Origin: Alphaproteobacteria bacterium
GTDB lineage: Bacteria > Pseudomonadota > Alphaproteobacteria > UBA828
Direction of reading: 5' to 3'
NCBI GenBank assembly: GCA_965214705.1
Contig: CBDCCI010000002.1
Location: 2,816,001-2,880,000 of the forward strand
DNA: 64,000 nt
Shown here: positions 19,372 to 29,984 of the stretch, piece by piece
Layout: every line of letters begins with the position of its first letter
How positions within the stretch are numbered: position 1 is the first letter of the stretch
Notes under the pieces: model-generated
Seen by the model: the letters and a program-made list of their open reading frames with translations, nothing else
What the model was told of the DNA's origin: nothing
The model's database searches: none
Translations under genes and position numbers: made by a program

Positions 19372-20321
19372 GCGAGCCTCCGCCTCTGCCGGCCGCAGCC
19401 GACCTGGCCACGGCGGTGGAGACCTGGCTTAGCCGCCTCGCCGACGAGCGGCGGCGCGCCGACAACACCATCGCCGCCTACCGGCGCGACCTCGACGACT
19501 TCCTGGGGTTTCTGGCGGAGCATCGGGGCGAGGTGCCCGATCTCGCGGCGCTCGGTGCGCTCGGCGTCCGCGACGTGCGTGCCTGGCTCGCGCGCCGGGC
19601 GGCGGACGGCCTCGCCAAGACCTCCACCGCACGGGCGCTCTCCGCCGTCCGCGTCTTTTTCCGATACCTGGAACGCGAAGGCGTGCCCGTCTCCTCGGCG
19701 CTTTCCCTGGTGCGGGCGCCGAAGACACCGCGCGGCGTGCCCCGGCCGCTCACCGAGGGCCAGGCCAAGGCAGTCGTCGCGCTGAACAGAGAGGAGGGCG
19801 CGCCGCCCGATTGGACCGCCCGCCGCGATATCGCGGTGCTGCTGCTGCTCTACGGTTGCGGGCTCCGCATCGGCGAGGCGCTGGGACTCGACCGTGCCGA
19901 TGCGCCGGCCGAGGGTGGAACGCTGCGCAGCCTGATGATCACGGGCAAGGGCGGCAAGCAGCGGGTGGTGCCAGTGCTGCCCGTCGTCGCCGAGGCAATC
20001 GCCGACTACCTCGCGGCCTGCCCGCATTCGCTGGAGCCGGGCGATCCGCTCTTCGTCGGCGTGCGCGGCAAGCGGCTTCAGCCAAAGCTGGTGCAGCAGA
20101 CGATGGCGCGGCTGCGTGGCGCGCTCGGCCTGCCGGAATCGGCGACGCCGCACGCGCTCCGCCACAGCTTCGCCACCCACCTGCTCGCAGGCGGCGGGGA
20201 TCTCCGCACGATCCAGGAGCTGCTCGGCCACGCGAGCCTCTCCACCACGCAGCGCTACACCGAGGTCGACGAGGCCGGGCTCCTCGCGGCTTACGCGGCG
20301 GCCCACCCGCGCGCAGGCTGA
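19368..20321 (+). CDS. xerC: Tyrosine recombinase XerC
   Basis: [36 protein letters not shown]; conserved fsa-xerC synteny. Confidence 0.92.
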   Translation: MSEPPPLPAAADLATAVETWLSRLADERRRADNTIAAYRRDLDDFLGFLAEHRGEVPDLAALGALGVRDVRAWLARRAADGLAKTSTARALSAVRVFFRYLEREGVPVSSALSLVRAPKTPRGVPRPLTEGQAKAVVALNREEGAPPDWTARRDIAVLLLLYGCGLRIGEALGLDRADAPAEGGTLRSLMITGKGGKQRVVPVLPVVAEAIADYLAACPHSLEPGDPLFVGVRGKRLQPKLVQQTMARLRGALGLPESATPHALRHSFATHLLAGGGDLRTIQELLGHASLSTTQRYTEVDEAGLLAAYAAAHPRAG

Positions 20322-20369
20322 CGGTCGCTGGCCCAGGCGCCGGGCAGTGCCGGGGTCAGACGATCATGG

Positions 20370-20906
20370 TCAGGCGGCCTTGGCCTGGGCGATAGATTCC
20401 ACGTAGGCCAGCATGGTCTCTGCGTCGGAGACCTCGAAGGGGTCGCCTGCCGCGTTGTCGCAGAACCCCGGCTCCACGAACATCTTCGTGATCTCACCGT
20501 CTTCCGCCAGCATGGAGTAGCGCCAGCTGCGCAGGCCAAAGCCGAGATTGTCCTTGTCCACCAGCATGCCCATGAAGCGCGTGAAGGTGCAGGAGCCGTC
20601 CGGCAACAAGGTGACGTCTTCGACTCCCTGGTGCTTGCCCCACTGGTACATGACGAAGGCGTCGTTGACCGCGAGACAGATCACCTCGTCGATGCCGGCC
20701 TCCATGAATCGATCGTGCAGCGCCTCGTAGCCGGGCAGATGGGTGCTGCTGCAGGTCGGCGTAAAGGCGCCCGGCAGCGCGAACAGCACCACCCGGCGGC
20801 CGTTGAAGATCTCGGCGCTGGTCCGGTCCTGCCAACGGAACGGGTTCGGTCCCTCGACACTCTCGTCGCGGACGCGGGTCTTGAATGTCACCTCTGGTAC
20901 ACGCAT
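20370..20906 (-). CDS. Peroxiredoxin (Prx5/redoxin type)
   Basis: [33 protein letters not shown]. Confidence 0.95.
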   Translation of the reverse strand: MRVPEVTFKTRVRDESVEGPNPFRWQDRTSAEIFNGRRVVLFALPGAFTPTCSSTHLPGYEALHDRFMEAGIDEVICLAVNDAFVMYQWGKHQGVEDVTLLPDGSCTFTRFMGMLVDKDNLGFGLRSWRYSMLAEDGEITKMFVEPGFCDNAAGDPFEVSDAETMLAYVESIAQAKAA

Positions 20907-20944
20907 GGCTCTTGCTCCTGATCCGGAATAGGTCCTGATATGCA

Positions 20945-20965
20945 AATAAGAACTATTATAATCTA
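20945..20965. promoter_or_regulatory. Possible Fur-family (Irr/PerR-like) box upstream of peroxiredoxin
   Basis: AT-rich imperfect palindrome ATAAGAACTATTATAAT about 40 bp upstream of the ATG. Confidence 0.4.
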
Positions 20966-21021
20966 TGTCAAGGACCAAAGTGCATGCGCTTCCGGCAGTC
21001 GCGCCGGAGGCAGCGCCGAAC

Positions 21022-21471
21022 CTACGGCGCGACCGGGTTGAGCGTCGTCAGCCCCTCGTTGGCCGCGGCTTCGCAGAGGCGCATGTCCGCACAGACGAGC
21101 GTCACCGGCTCGGGCGAGCTCTCGCGCACGACGAGACAGCCCGCAAGCTGAAGCGCGTCGTAAGCGCGGAGCGGGTGCCGGTCGATCAGCCGGGCGGCCT
21201 CCTCCATCACCGCCGATGTCAACGGCTGCACCAGGAAGAGCGCCGCAGCGTCGTCCTCGATTTGCCTCAAAATCCGCTCTGCGTCCGGACCCGAGATGTC
21301 GCCTTCACGCTCACGCCGCCGGATCGCCGAGTGGGCTTCGACCTTCGTGAGGTCCAGAATGACCACTTGGCCATCCTCGGCGTCCTCCACGATGTGCGTG
21401 ACCCGATCCGCCCCGTCTTCCTCGATGTAGAGCTTGAGCAGCGCGCTCGTGTCCAGATAGACGCTCGCCAT
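21022..21471 (-). CDS. vapC: PIN-domain VapC toxin
   Basis: [28 protein letters not shown]. Confidence 0.9.
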   Translation of the reverse strand: MASVYLDTSALLKLYIEEDGADRVTHIVEDAEDGQVVILDLTKVEAHSAIRRREREGDISGPDAERILRQIEDDAAALFLVQPLTSAVMEEAARLIDRHPLRAYDALQLAGCLVVRESSPEPVTLVCADMRLCEAAANEGLTTLNPVAP

Positions 21472-21480
21472 TCGACCGCC

Positions 21481-22134
21481 TCACCGTCTGTCGCTGATGA
21501 CGGTGTCTGCGATAGCACCTCCTCGTATGCGCACTCGCTGGAACCCGACTCGGCGAGGCGGCGATTCTGCGTTGAACCGCGGATGTCGACGATTGACCCG
21601 TATCGCGGTGACCGGATGAAGCGGATTGTTCGGGTTGGGGACCTGGCTGGTCAGGATCAGACGTTGCTCGGTTGCGCGACGCAGCAGAGCGCCGCTGGCT
21701 CTCGGATCGCGAGCCCAATCGTAGCCATGCGCACGCAGGTACTGGTCGCGGAACCATTTCAGGCCGACGAACTCCCGCGAGCGCTCAACCTCGGAAAGCG
21801 CATCGAGGAGCTGGTCCATGGCCGTCTCATGATCGAACGCGCCGGCACCGTCGGCCTCGGCCTCGGAGGCGTCCGGCCGGTGTGGGGCGAACTCGTCGTG
21901 CGGGTGATCGGACGGAACGAACTGGATCACCACCTCGCAGCTTTCCGGGTCGAAATAACTGGCGTCGGCGTCCCTGCGAACCTTCCGGCCTCCGTCCCGG
22001 CCCCGAATGCTCACCCGAGGTTCATGGCCGCCGAGCGGCAGATGCCTCAATCCCTCCAGCGCCGGCGGCAAGGCCGACGTTTTCAGGTTGGCGAGGCTTT
22101 GCTCGATATCGAATTGCAGGTCCCCAATTTGCAT
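21481..22134 (-). CDS. Putative atypical antitoxin (217 aa)
   Basis: GGAGG RBS before MQIGDL; lies directly upstream of vapC; C-terminal VRIRGGAIADTVISDRR resembles VapC-neutralising tails. Confidence 0.6.
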   Translation of the reverse strand: MQIGDLQFDIEQSLANLKTSALPPALEGLRHLPLGGHEPRVSIRGRDGGRKVRRDADASYFDPESCEVVIQFVPSDHPHDEFAPHRPDASEAEADGAGAFDHETAMDQLLDALSEVERSREFVGLKWFRDQYLRAHGYDWARDPRASGALLRRATEQRLILTSQVPNPNNPLHPVTAIRVNRRHPRFNAESPPRRVGFQRVRIRGGAIADTVISDRR

Positions 22135-22160
22135 CCCATCCATCCTCCATTTCCAACACA

Positions 22161-22195
22161 TAGATATTTTCTAGATAATATCGTGAAAATATCTA
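22161..22195. promoter_or_regulatory. Operator-like inverted repeat upstream of the TA pair
   Basis: TAGATATTTTC-N13-GAAAATATCTA, perfect 11-bp arms. Confidence 0.7.
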
Positions 22196-22328
22196 ATTTG
22201 ATGCGACAGTCAAGCGGGAGGGGGCTGCGCGCTAACGGGCGCGCAGTGAAGGGGGCCGCTCTCAAGGCGTGGGGTAACGGGCGGTGTCTTCGGCTATCCA
22301 GCGCCGCGATACGCTGCGACCTCCTGCC

Positions 22329-23087
22329 CTACTCCGCGGCTTCGGCGATGTCGTCGGCCGTGCCGAAGTGCTTGAACATGCCAGTGAAGCGCTTGCGCTC
22401 CGGCGGGCGGTAGGTCTTGCGCTTGCTGGTCTTGAGCCCGAGGTGCACCAGCAGCTCCGCCTGCTTGGTGGCGCAGACCACGCCGTCCAGCACCGGCACG
22501 CCGAGCTCAGCCTCAAGCTCTGCGGCGAAGCGGGCGAAGCCGGCGCAGCCGAGGCACACGGCCTCCGCATCGTCCTCTGCCACCGAACGGCGCACCTCGT
22601 CCCGAAGCTTTTCCATCGAGCCCTCTGGGTCACGCTCGATGTCCAGCACGTAGAGCGGCAGCGTGCGGATGGCGACGATGCGCTCCGCCATGCCATAGCC
22701 GTGCACCATCTCCTCGAGCAGGGTGCGCACGCGGGGAATGACCGAGACGATGGAGAAGCGCGCCGCCACCATGGAGGCGGTGTAGAACGAGGCCTCGGCG
22801 ATACCGACCACCGGCTTCTCGGTGACCTCGCGCGCGGCGTGAAGGCCGGGGTCGCCGTAGCAGGCGATGACGTAGGCGTCGACCCCTTCGCTCTCGCCCT
22901 TGCGCACTTCGTCGAGGACGCCGCAGGCCGCGACCTGCTCGTCGTAGTAGCTCTCGATCGACTCCGGCCCGAATTCGGGGCTCACCGCCACGATTTCGGT
23001 GCCCGCAGCGGCCACCGAGCGCGCGGCCTCGCCGATGCCCTCGGTCATCTCCAGCGTGGTGTTGGGATTGATCACCTTGATCTTCAT
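22329..23087 (-). CDS. Asp/Glu/hydantoin (allantoin) racemase
   Basis: MKIKVINPNTT, IACYGDPG, LGCAG. Confidence 0.9.
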   Translation of the reverse strand: MKIKVINPNTTLEMTEGIGEAARSVAAAGTEIVAVSPEFGPESIESYYDEQVAACGVLDEVRKGESEGVDAYVIACYGDPGLHAAREVTEKPVVGIAEASFYTASMVAARFSIVSVIPRVRTLLEEMVHGYGMAERIVAIRTLPLYVLDIERDPEGSMEKLRDEVRRSVAEDDAEAVCLGCAGFARFAAELEAELGVPVLDGVVCATKQAELLVHLGLKTSKRKTYRPPERKRFTGMFKHFGTADDIAEAAE

Positions 23088-23211
23088 CGGTGGCTCTCCC
23101 CTTCTTGTCCCTCGTGCGCATGCCGTCGGCGGCAACGCCGCGCGGCGGTCCTCACCTGCCCTTCATCATTGGCCTTATCCGGTCCGGGCTCAACCTCGTA
23201 TCCGGTCCCGG

Positions 23212-24447
23212 TCAGCCGTGATCGGACATCGGCCGCGCGGATTTGACGCCGCCCTCGGCCCACCGCATGGCAGCGAGGGTGGCCAGTCCCGAGACGGCGA
23301 AGGCGCCGATCAAGGTGTACATGGTCCCGTCGAAGCCCTGGCCCACCAAGGCCCCCAACGGCACCGAGATGAAGGTCGCGAGCGAAGCGATGACCGCCGC
23401 TCCGACGCCCGCGATGTGGCCGAGAGGCTCCATCGCCAGCGCGTTCAGATTCCCGAACAGCAGGCTGACGCTCACGAACACGCTGAGGAGATAACACATG
23501 AAGAGCCAGAACGGCGGAAGACCATCGAAGGCGAAGGCAACCGGGCACGCGACAAGCGAAATCAACGCGATGGCGGCGGCGGCGCCCTTCGAGAGTCGGC
23601 GCATGCCGTACTTCATGACGAGGCGGCCGTTCACGATCGAGCCGACCCCGAACGAGAGCGCGAGCACGCCGAAATAGAGAGGAAAGAGGGCACCGGTCCC
23701 GTAGGAGTCCTGAAAGATCTGCTGGGCCGAGCCGAGATAGGCCACGAACGGCGTGAACACGAACCCCGTGGCGATCGTGTATCCGAGTGCGGTCCGAATT
23801 CGCAGTATTTCGCCCACGGCCTGGCCGATGGCCCGCGGCGAGAAGGGCCGCCGCTTGGCGACCGGCAGGGTTTCCGGCTGGCGCAGCGCGAACCATGCGA
23901 AGACGACCGCAGCGATGACGAGGAACGTGACGAAGATCGCGCGCCAGCCTCCCAGGATCAGGAGGCCCTGCCCGAGCGCCGGGGCGATCGTGGGAACCAT
24001 GATGAACACGGCCATCGCGAACGACATGAGCTTGGCCATCAGCCGCCCCTCGTATTGATCGCGCACGAGGGCCATGGTCACGATGCGGGGCCCCGCCACG
24101 CCGATGCCCTGCAGGACACGGCCCGCGATCATCACCTCGAACGTGGGCGCGAAAATGCTCACGAGGCATCCGATCATGAACAGGGCGAGGCCGGCATGGA
24201 CGGCGGGCTTGCGCCCGATGCTGTCGGAGAGGGGACCGAACAGCAGCTGGCCAATCCCGAGCCCCAGAAACAGGGACATGATGACCAACTGAACATCGTT
24301 CGGGCGCGAGACGTCGAAATCCCTGCCGATCGCGGGCAGCGCCGGCAGCATCGCGTCGATCGCCAGCGCGACCAGCGACATCAGCAGGCCGACGAGGGGC
24401 ACGAACTCGGCGGTGCGAAGGGCGTGGCCGCGCTCCGACTGGCTCAT
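23212..24447 (-). CDS. Bcr/CflA-family MFS efflux transporter
   Basis: AIDAMLPALP, GPLSDSIGRKP, about 12 TM segments. Confidence 0.92.
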   Translation of the reverse strand: MSQSERGHALRTAEFVPLVGLLMSLVALAIDAMLPALPAIGRDFDVSRPNDVQLVIMSLFLGLGIGQLLFGPLSDSIGRKPAVHAGLALFMIGCLVSIFAPTFEVMIAGRVLQGIGVAGPRIVTMALVRDQYEGRLMAKLMSFAMAVFIMVPTIAPALGQGLLILGGWRAIFVTFLVIAAVVFAWFALRQPETLPVAKRRPFSPRAIGQAVGEILRIRTALGYTIATGFVFTPFVAYLGSAQQIFQDSYGTGALFPLYFGVLALSFGVGSIVNGRLVMKYGMRRLSKGAAAAIALISLVACPVAFAFDGLPPFWLFMCYLLSVFVSVSLLFGNLNALAMEPLGHIAGVGAAVIASLATFISVPLGALVGQGFDGTMYTLIGAFAVSGLATLAAMRWAEGGVKSARPMSDHG

Positions 24448-24565
24448 TCTTCCCTCTCGCGTACCGCCGTGATGGTCCTTCCGCCGGTGACGGCATGTGG
24501 CGGTCGGACGGTGGGCTTAGCCCGAACTGGTTGCCAGGGGTGTGGTCTGCCTGGCGCCGTTCGAG

Positions 24566-26341
24566 CTAGGAGGCAGGGCTGCCGCGCCGGGCCGCGGTGG
24601 CAGCGCTGTCGAGCGCACCGTCTTCGCTGACCACGACGCCGTACATGCTCTCGGCTGACTCGCGCGATATGTAGCCGTCGCGCACGTCCTCGGCGACGGC
24701 CTCCACCGGGCGCTCGGCGGCAGAGCCGTAGCCGCCGCCGCAGGTGCCGGTGAGCGTCAGGCTCTCCCCGGCCTTGACCGCGCGGTTCGGCATCATCGAG
24801 GGGAAGTGAACATCCTCGCCGTCGGCCCGGTGATAGACGAGTGCCGCCTCGCGGCCCTCGGCACCGCCTTCGAAGCCCCAGGGGCGGAAGGCGTGGCCGT
24901 CGCCCTCGACCGAGATGAAGCTGTCGGCGAGGAAGGAGACCTCGCGGACGGACCCGATGCCGCCCCGCCAGCGTCCGGCCGCCGCCGCATCGTCGCGTAG
25001 CTCGTACCGGGCGATGCGGAGCGGCAGGTGGGACTCGATGTCCTCGATCGGGTTGTTGCGGGTGTTGGCGTAGAGGGTATCGACGGCGTCCATCGCGTCC
25101 TTGCCGGCGCGGCCGCCGTAGCTGCCTTCGTGGATGTCCATGTGCACCCAGTGGCCGCCGTCCTTGATGCCGGAAAAGGCGATCACCTTGAGGTTGCCGA
25201 CGCCGGCGGAGACCTTGTCGGGCACCGCCTGGGCCAGCGCCTTCATCAGCGTGTCGGCGACGATGTTGCCGGAGACGAAGCGCGCGATGGTGGGCGCCGG
25301 GAAGGTGGGATTGGCGATCGTGCCCTCCGGCGCCTTGATGGTGATCGGGCGGATCAGGCCCGAGTTCTGCGGGATTTCGCCGAAGACCTCGCTGTCCAGC
25401 AGGATCGAACGAACCGTCAGCCAGATCGCGCAGTCCACCGTGCCTTCGAGCGGCATGTTGATGGGCCGGTCGTCGCATTGCGCAGACGTGCCGGCGAGAT
25501 CCACCACCAGGTCGCTACCCTTGACGGTAACCGCGACGGCGACCTTGAAGTGGCGGCGGTCGGGGTCGTCGAGGAAGCCGTCCACGTAGCCCTCGGCCCG
25601 GTAGGTGCCGTCGGGCAGCGCCTCGATAGCCTGGCGCATGAGCCGCTCGGAATAGTCCATGAGCGCGTCGGCCGCCGCCTCCACGGTGGTCAGGCCGTGG
25701 CGCTCGATCAGCGCGAGGTAACGCTCGGCGCCGATCCGGCTGGCGGCCACCTGCGCCTCCATGTCGCCCACCACCATGTCGGGCGCCCGGATGTTGTCGC
25801 GCATCATGTACCAGAGCGGCTCGTTGACGGTGCCCCGGTCGTAGGCCTTGAGCGCCTTGAACTGGAGCCCCTCGGCGTAGGCGTCCATCGCATCGACGAT
25901 GCCGCAGCTGCCGGGGCTGAGCGCGCCGATATCGAGGTGGTGTGCGGTGGTGACCGCGTAGCCCACCAGCGCGCCATCGTGGAAGACCGGCACGATGAAG
26001 GCCACGTCCGGCCCATGGCTCGCGCCGTGATAGGCGGAGTTGTGGATGATGACGTCGCCTTCGTTGAGGGTCTGGCCGCGCTCTTCGAGGATCTGGTTCA
26101 TGCCCTTCACGTAACCGGGGATCGGGCCCGACTGCAGCGGCGTCGAGTGCTTCGATTCGCAGAGCTGGCGGCCGTGGCGGTCGATGATCGCCGCCCCGAA
26201 ATCCTCGGACTCGCGGATGATCGAGGAATACGACATGCGCATGAGCTTCCAGCCCATCTCGACCGCGATGTTCTCCAGCGCGCCCTGGATCACGCTGGCG
26301 GTGACCGCGTCGATGGGGCGGACGTTCGGCGTCTCTGCCAT
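24566..26341 (-). CDS. Hydantoinase B/oxoprolinase subunit
   Basis: SSIIRESEDF, HNSAYHGASHGPD, AHHLDIG, GRWRGG. Confidence 0.92.
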   Translation of the reverse strand: MAETPNVRPIDAVTASVIQGALENIAVEMGWKLMRMSYSSIIRESEDFGAAIIDRHGRQLCESKHSTPLQSGPIPGYVKGMNQILEERGQTLNEGDVIIHNSAYHGASHGPDVAFIVPVFHDGALVGYAVTTAHHLDIGALSPGSCGIVDAMDAYAEGLQFKALKAYDRGTVNEPLWYMMRDNIRAPDMVVGDMEAQVAASRIGAERYLALIERHGLTTVEAAADALMDYSERLMRQAIEALPDGTYRAEGYVDGFLDDPDRRHFKVAVAVTVKGSDLVVDLAGTSAQCDDRPINMPLEGTVDCAIWLTVRSILLDSEVFGEIPQNSGLIRPITIKAPEGTIANPTFPAPTIARFVSGNIVADTLMKALAQAVPDKVSAGVGNLKVIAFSGIKDGGHWVHMDIHEGSYGGRAGKDAMDAVDTLYANTRNNPIEDIESHLPLRIARYELRDDAAAAGRWRGGIGSVREVSFLADSFISVEGDGHAFRPWGFEGGAEGREAALVYHRADGEDVHFPSMMPNRAVKAGESLTLTGTCGGGYGSAAERPVEAVAEDVRDGYISRESAESMYGVVVSEDGALDSAATAARRGSPAS

Positions 26342-26344
26342 GAT

Positions 26345-28423
26345 CTATCCCTCCTCGCCCAAGCGCAGGATGAGGTTCGCGCTTGTGTCGACGCGCACCG
26401 ACCAGCCGGGCGGCACCACGGTGGTGGCATCCGTTTGCAGGATGACGGCCGGGCCCGCGAACGGCGCCTCCACCGGCAGCGACTCGCGCCGATAGAAGGC
26501 GGTGTCGTAGCCTTCGAGCACGCCATCCACGCGGAAGACCGAGCGCGCGGTCTTCACCCGCGCCTGTTCCAGCGAGCCGCCGGCCGGCGCAGGCGGTGCC
26601 GCGATCTTGGGCATGCTGCCGACGCCAGTGATGCGGATGTTCACGATCTCGATGGGGCTCTCGGTGAAGCAGTGGCCGTATTCCTGCTCGTGCAGGGCAT
26701 GGAAGGCCCGCCAGACCTCCTCCAGCCCGGCTTCGTCCAGCTCGTCCGCCGGGAAGGCCACGCGCAGCTCGTAGCCCTGGCCGACGTAGCGCAGGTCGCC
26801 GGCGCGGCGCTCCTCCACCCGGTCCGCACCGAGGCCAGCGGCCTCGTACTGGGCCAGGAGGTCGCGACTCAGCCGCGCGAAGTCGCCGTTGATCCGCCCG
26901 ATATCGACCGCGCCCTTGACCTGGAAGGCGGTCATGATCTGGTCGTACTTGAGGTCGGTGGTGAGCAGGCCCGCCGCGGACGTGATGCCGGGATGGGGCG
27001 GCACCACGACCTCGGGCACGTCGAGCATCGCCGCGACCTCGGCGCCGTGCAGCGGGCCGGCGCCGCCGAAGGCCACCAGCGAGAAGTCGCGGGGGTCGAG
27101 ACCCTTCTGCACCGTCTTGGAGCGGATGGCGTTGGCCATGTTGCTGTTGACGATGGTGAGCACACCTTCGGCCGCCTCGTGCTTGTCGACGCCGAGGGTC
27201 TCGGCAAGCTCCGTCAGTGCGTCGTCGGACCGCTCGGGCGCGAGAGTCATCTCGCCGCCGAGGAAGTTGTCCGCATCCAGCCGGCCGAGCACCAGGTTGG
27301 CGTCGGTGACCGTGGGCGAGGCGCCGCCCCGGCCGTAGCAGGCGGGGCCCGGCTCCGAGCCCGCGCTCTCCGGCCCCACCTTGAAGGCGCCGCCGGCATC
27401 GGTGCGGGCAATGCTGCCGCCGCCGGCGCCGATGGTGGTGATGTCGATCATCGGCACGAGCACGGGATAGCCGCCGATCCAGGTGTCGCGCGCGGTGGCC
27501 TCGTTGTAGCGACCGTCAATCACGATACCGATGTCGGCGCTGGTGCCGCCCACGTCAAAAGTGATGAGGCGCCGCCGGTCGGAATGCTCCGCCGCCCAGG
27601 CGCCGCCCAGTACGCCGGCGGCCGGCCCCGACATCAGCGTGATGACCGGCACGTCCGCCACCATCGCGGCGGTGGCGACGCCGCCGTTCGAGCCCATGAT
27701 GTGGAGGTCGCCCGCGACGCCGGCTTGCTTCAGCCGGTCCTCGAAGCGGCGCACGTAGTTGCGCACCTTGGGGCCGATGAAGGCGTTCATCGCCGCCGTG
27801 GTGAAGCGCTCGAACTCGCGGAACTGCGGCGCGACCCGGGCCGAGGTGGTGACGAAGGCCTCGGGCCATTCCTCCAGCACGATGGCCCGCGCGCGCTCCT
27901 CATGCGTGGGGTCGATGTAGGCGAATAGGAAGCAGATGGCGACCGCCTCCACGCCCTTGTCGCGGAGCGTGCGGGCGGCCTGGCGCACGCCCTCCTCGTC
28001 CAGCGGCTCCAGCACGTCGCCCTGCGGCGGCACCCGCCGCTCCTTCACGGTGAGGCGGTGGCGGCGGCGCACCAGCGGGCGCGCCTGCCACGGGATGTCC
28101 TGCATGATCGAGTAGTTCTGCGGCCGCTGGTGACGGCCGATATGGATGATGTCGCGGTAGCCGGCCGAGGTAATCATGCCGGTCTCGGCACCGTCGTATT
28201 GGAGCACCGCGTTGGTCGAGATCGTGGTGCCGTGGAAGACGTGGGCGATGGCGTCGGGCGCCGTTCCGCTCCGCTCGCAGAGCGCGGCGATGCCCGCCGC
28301 GGCGCCCTCCGAGGGGTCGTCCGGCGTGGTGGGCACCTTGTGGATCGCGCTCTCGCGCGTCTCGCTGTCGGTAATGATGAGGTCGGTGAAGGTGCCGCCG
28401 ACATCGACGCCGATCAGCTTCAT
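26345..28423 (-). CDS. Hydantoinase A/oxoprolinase subunit
   Basis: GVDVGGTFTD, HGTT, SGPAAG, DVGGTSAD, GPACYGRGG. Confidence 0.93.
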   Translation of the reverse strand: MKLIGVDVGGTFTDLIITDSETRESAIHKVPTTPDDPSEGAAAGIAALCERSGTAPDAIAHVFHGTTISTNAVLQYDGAETGMITSAGYRDIIHIGRHQRPQNYSIMQDIPWQARPLVRRRHRLTVKERRVPPQGDVLEPLDEEGVRQAARTLRDKGVEAVAICFLFAYIDPTHEERARAIVLEEWPEAFVTTSARVAPQFREFERFTTAAMNAFIGPKVRNYVRRFEDRLKQAGVAGDLHIMGSNGGVATAAMVADVPVITLMSGPAAGVLGGAWAAEHSDRRRLITFDVGGTSADIGIVIDGRYNEATARDTWIGGYPVLVPMIDITTIGAGGGSIARTDAGGAFKVGPESAGSEPGPACYGRGGASPTVTDANLVLGRLDADNFLGGEMTLAPERSDDALTELAETLGVDKHEAAEGVLTIVNSNMANAIRSKTVQKGLDPRDFSLVAFGGAGPLHGAEVAAMLDVPEVVVPPHPGITSAAGLLTTDLKYDQIMTAFQVKGAVDIGRINGDFARLSRDLLAQYEAAGLGADRVEERRAGDLRYVGQGYELRVAFPADELDEAGLEEVWRAFHALHEQEYGHCFTESPIEIVNIRITGVGSMPKIAAPPAPAGGSLEQARVKTARSVFRVDGVLEGYDTAFYRRESLPVEAPFAGPAVILQTDATTVVPPGWSVRVDTSANLILRLGEEG

Positions 28424-28607
28424 GGGCCGTCCGCTCGCTGTTGCGGCCCGGCGGCCGCAGGTGGTCGTTGCGCAATTGCCGCCGAGCGCTCTCGACGGCG
28501 GGGCAGTGTCTTATCCGCGCCCAAGCGGGTCAAGCGAGCCAACCCGACGGCCCATGCAAGGCGAGCGCGCCCCGCCTATACTGCGCGCCGTCACCACGGG
28601 GGCGAGG

Positions 28608-29984
28608 ATGGCGACGGAACAGGTGCCGCGCTGGAAACGGCGGGCCTACAACATCGCGACGCTTCGGGAAGAGTCCCGGCGCGTGCTGCCGCGCCCGGTC
28701 TTCGACTTCGTCGACGGCGGCGCGGGCGACGAGCACACGCTGCGCCGGAACGTCTCCGCCTTCAACGACGTGGACCTCTATCCCCGCCCGATCGGCGGCA
28801 CACGCGATCGCGACCTCTCGACCACGCTGCTCGGCCGGCGGCTCTCCATGCCGCTCATCGTCCCGCCCACAGGGCTTGCCGGGCTGCTGTGGCCCGGCGG
28901 CGAGGCCGCTTCGGCGCGGGCCGCGACCAAGGCCGGCTCCATCTACTGCCTCAGCCACGGTTCGGTCTGCAGCCTGGAAGAGCTGGCAGAGACAGGCATC
29001 GAGCCCCTTTGGTTCCAGACCTACATTTACAAGGACCGCGGCCTCACCCACGAGATGGCGGCACGCGCACAGGCCGCGGGCTACGAGGCGCTGATCGTGA
29101 CCGTCGATACCCAGCTCCTCGGCAACCGCGAGCGCGACATCCGCAACGGCTTCATCATCCCGCCCACCATGTCCGCCCGCGAGATCGCCAACATGGCGAC
29201 CAAGCTGCGCTGGCTGTTCCGGATGCGCAGCACGATCCCGAAGATCACCTTCGGCAACTACCGCAGGCCGGACGGCGGCGAGGACCTCACCGCGCTTGCC
29301 CAGCGCATGGTGGGACTGCCGGACCCCGGCATTCAGTGGCGCGACATCGCCGACCTGCGCGCCCTCTGGAAGGGGTCGCTCCTGCTCAAGGGCATCTTGC
29401 ACCCGGCCGATGCCGTCGAGGCGGTCGCCAACGGCGTGGACGGGATGTTCGTCTCCAACCACGGCGGCCGGCAGCTCGACGGCGTGGCCGGTGCCGTGGA
29501 TGCGCTGCCCGCCGTAGCGGAGGCAGTGGCGGGCCGCGCCGCGTTGATCCTCGACGGCGGCATCAGGCGGGGCGCCCACATCGTCAAGGCGCTGGCGCTG
29601 GGCGCGGACTGCTGCTCCATCGGCAGGCCGCAGTTCTGGGGCCTCTCGACCGCCGGCGAGGCGGGCGTGGCGCACGTGTTCGACATCTTCCGCCGCGAGC
29701 TCGACCTCACCATGGGGCTCTGCGGGCTCCCCAACATCGCCTCGATCGGGCCGGACGTGCTGGCGCGCGGCACGGCGACCGAGACGGCCCGGCTCACCGC
29801 CGCGAGCGAGGCGGTCGCGGCGGCGGCCGTGGCGGTGGCGGAGTCGGGGACTGCCGCCAACAACGGTGGCGGCGACGGCGCCGAAGAGCGTGTCGAACCT
29901 GTGCCCGAGGTGGGCGGCCCGGCGGGGCCGGAGCCGACGCGCTACGGCGACTGGGAGCGGAAGGGCCGCGCCATAGATTTTTGA
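28608..29984 (+). CDS. FMN-dependent alpha-hydroxy-acid oxidase with fused C-terminal DUF1674 (SdhAF4-like) motif
   Basis: FDFVDGGA, TVDT, LLLKGI, SNHGGRQLD, DGGIRRG, then an Ala-rich linker and EVGGPAGPEPTRYGDWERKGRAIDF*. Confidence 0.85.
   Translation: MATEQVPRWKRRAYNIATLREESRRVLPRPVFDFVDGGAGDEHTLRRNVSAFNDVDLYPRPIGGTRDRDLSTTLLGRRLSMPLIVPPTGLAGLLWPGGEAASARAATKAGSIYCLSHGSVCSLEELAETGIEPLWFQTYIYKDRGLTHEMAARAQAAGYEALIVTVDTQLLGNRERDIRNGFIIPPTMSAREIANMATKLRWLFRMRSTIPKITFGNYRRPDGGEDLTALAQRMVGLPDPGIQWRDIADLRALWKGSLLLKGILHPADAVEAVANGVDGMFVSNHGGRQLDGVAGAVDALPAVAEAVAGRAALILDGGIRRGAHIVKALALGADCCSIGRPQFWGLSTAGEAGVAHVFDIFRRELDLTMGLCGLPNIASIGPDVLARGTATETARLTAASEAVAAAAVAVAESGTAANNGGGDGAEERVEPVPEVGGPAGPEPTRYGDWERKGRAIDF

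Noticed and set aside
19368-20321. Phage/island integrase
   Set aside because: Motifs and priA/fsa synteny identify housekeeping XerC.
25028-27928. 966-aa plus-strand ORF and similar long ORFs (10137-11906, 32487-34958, 44078-45979, 46427-48547, 57411-60332)
   Set aside because: Antisense shadows of well-supported genes in high-GC DNA, with no recognisable motifs.
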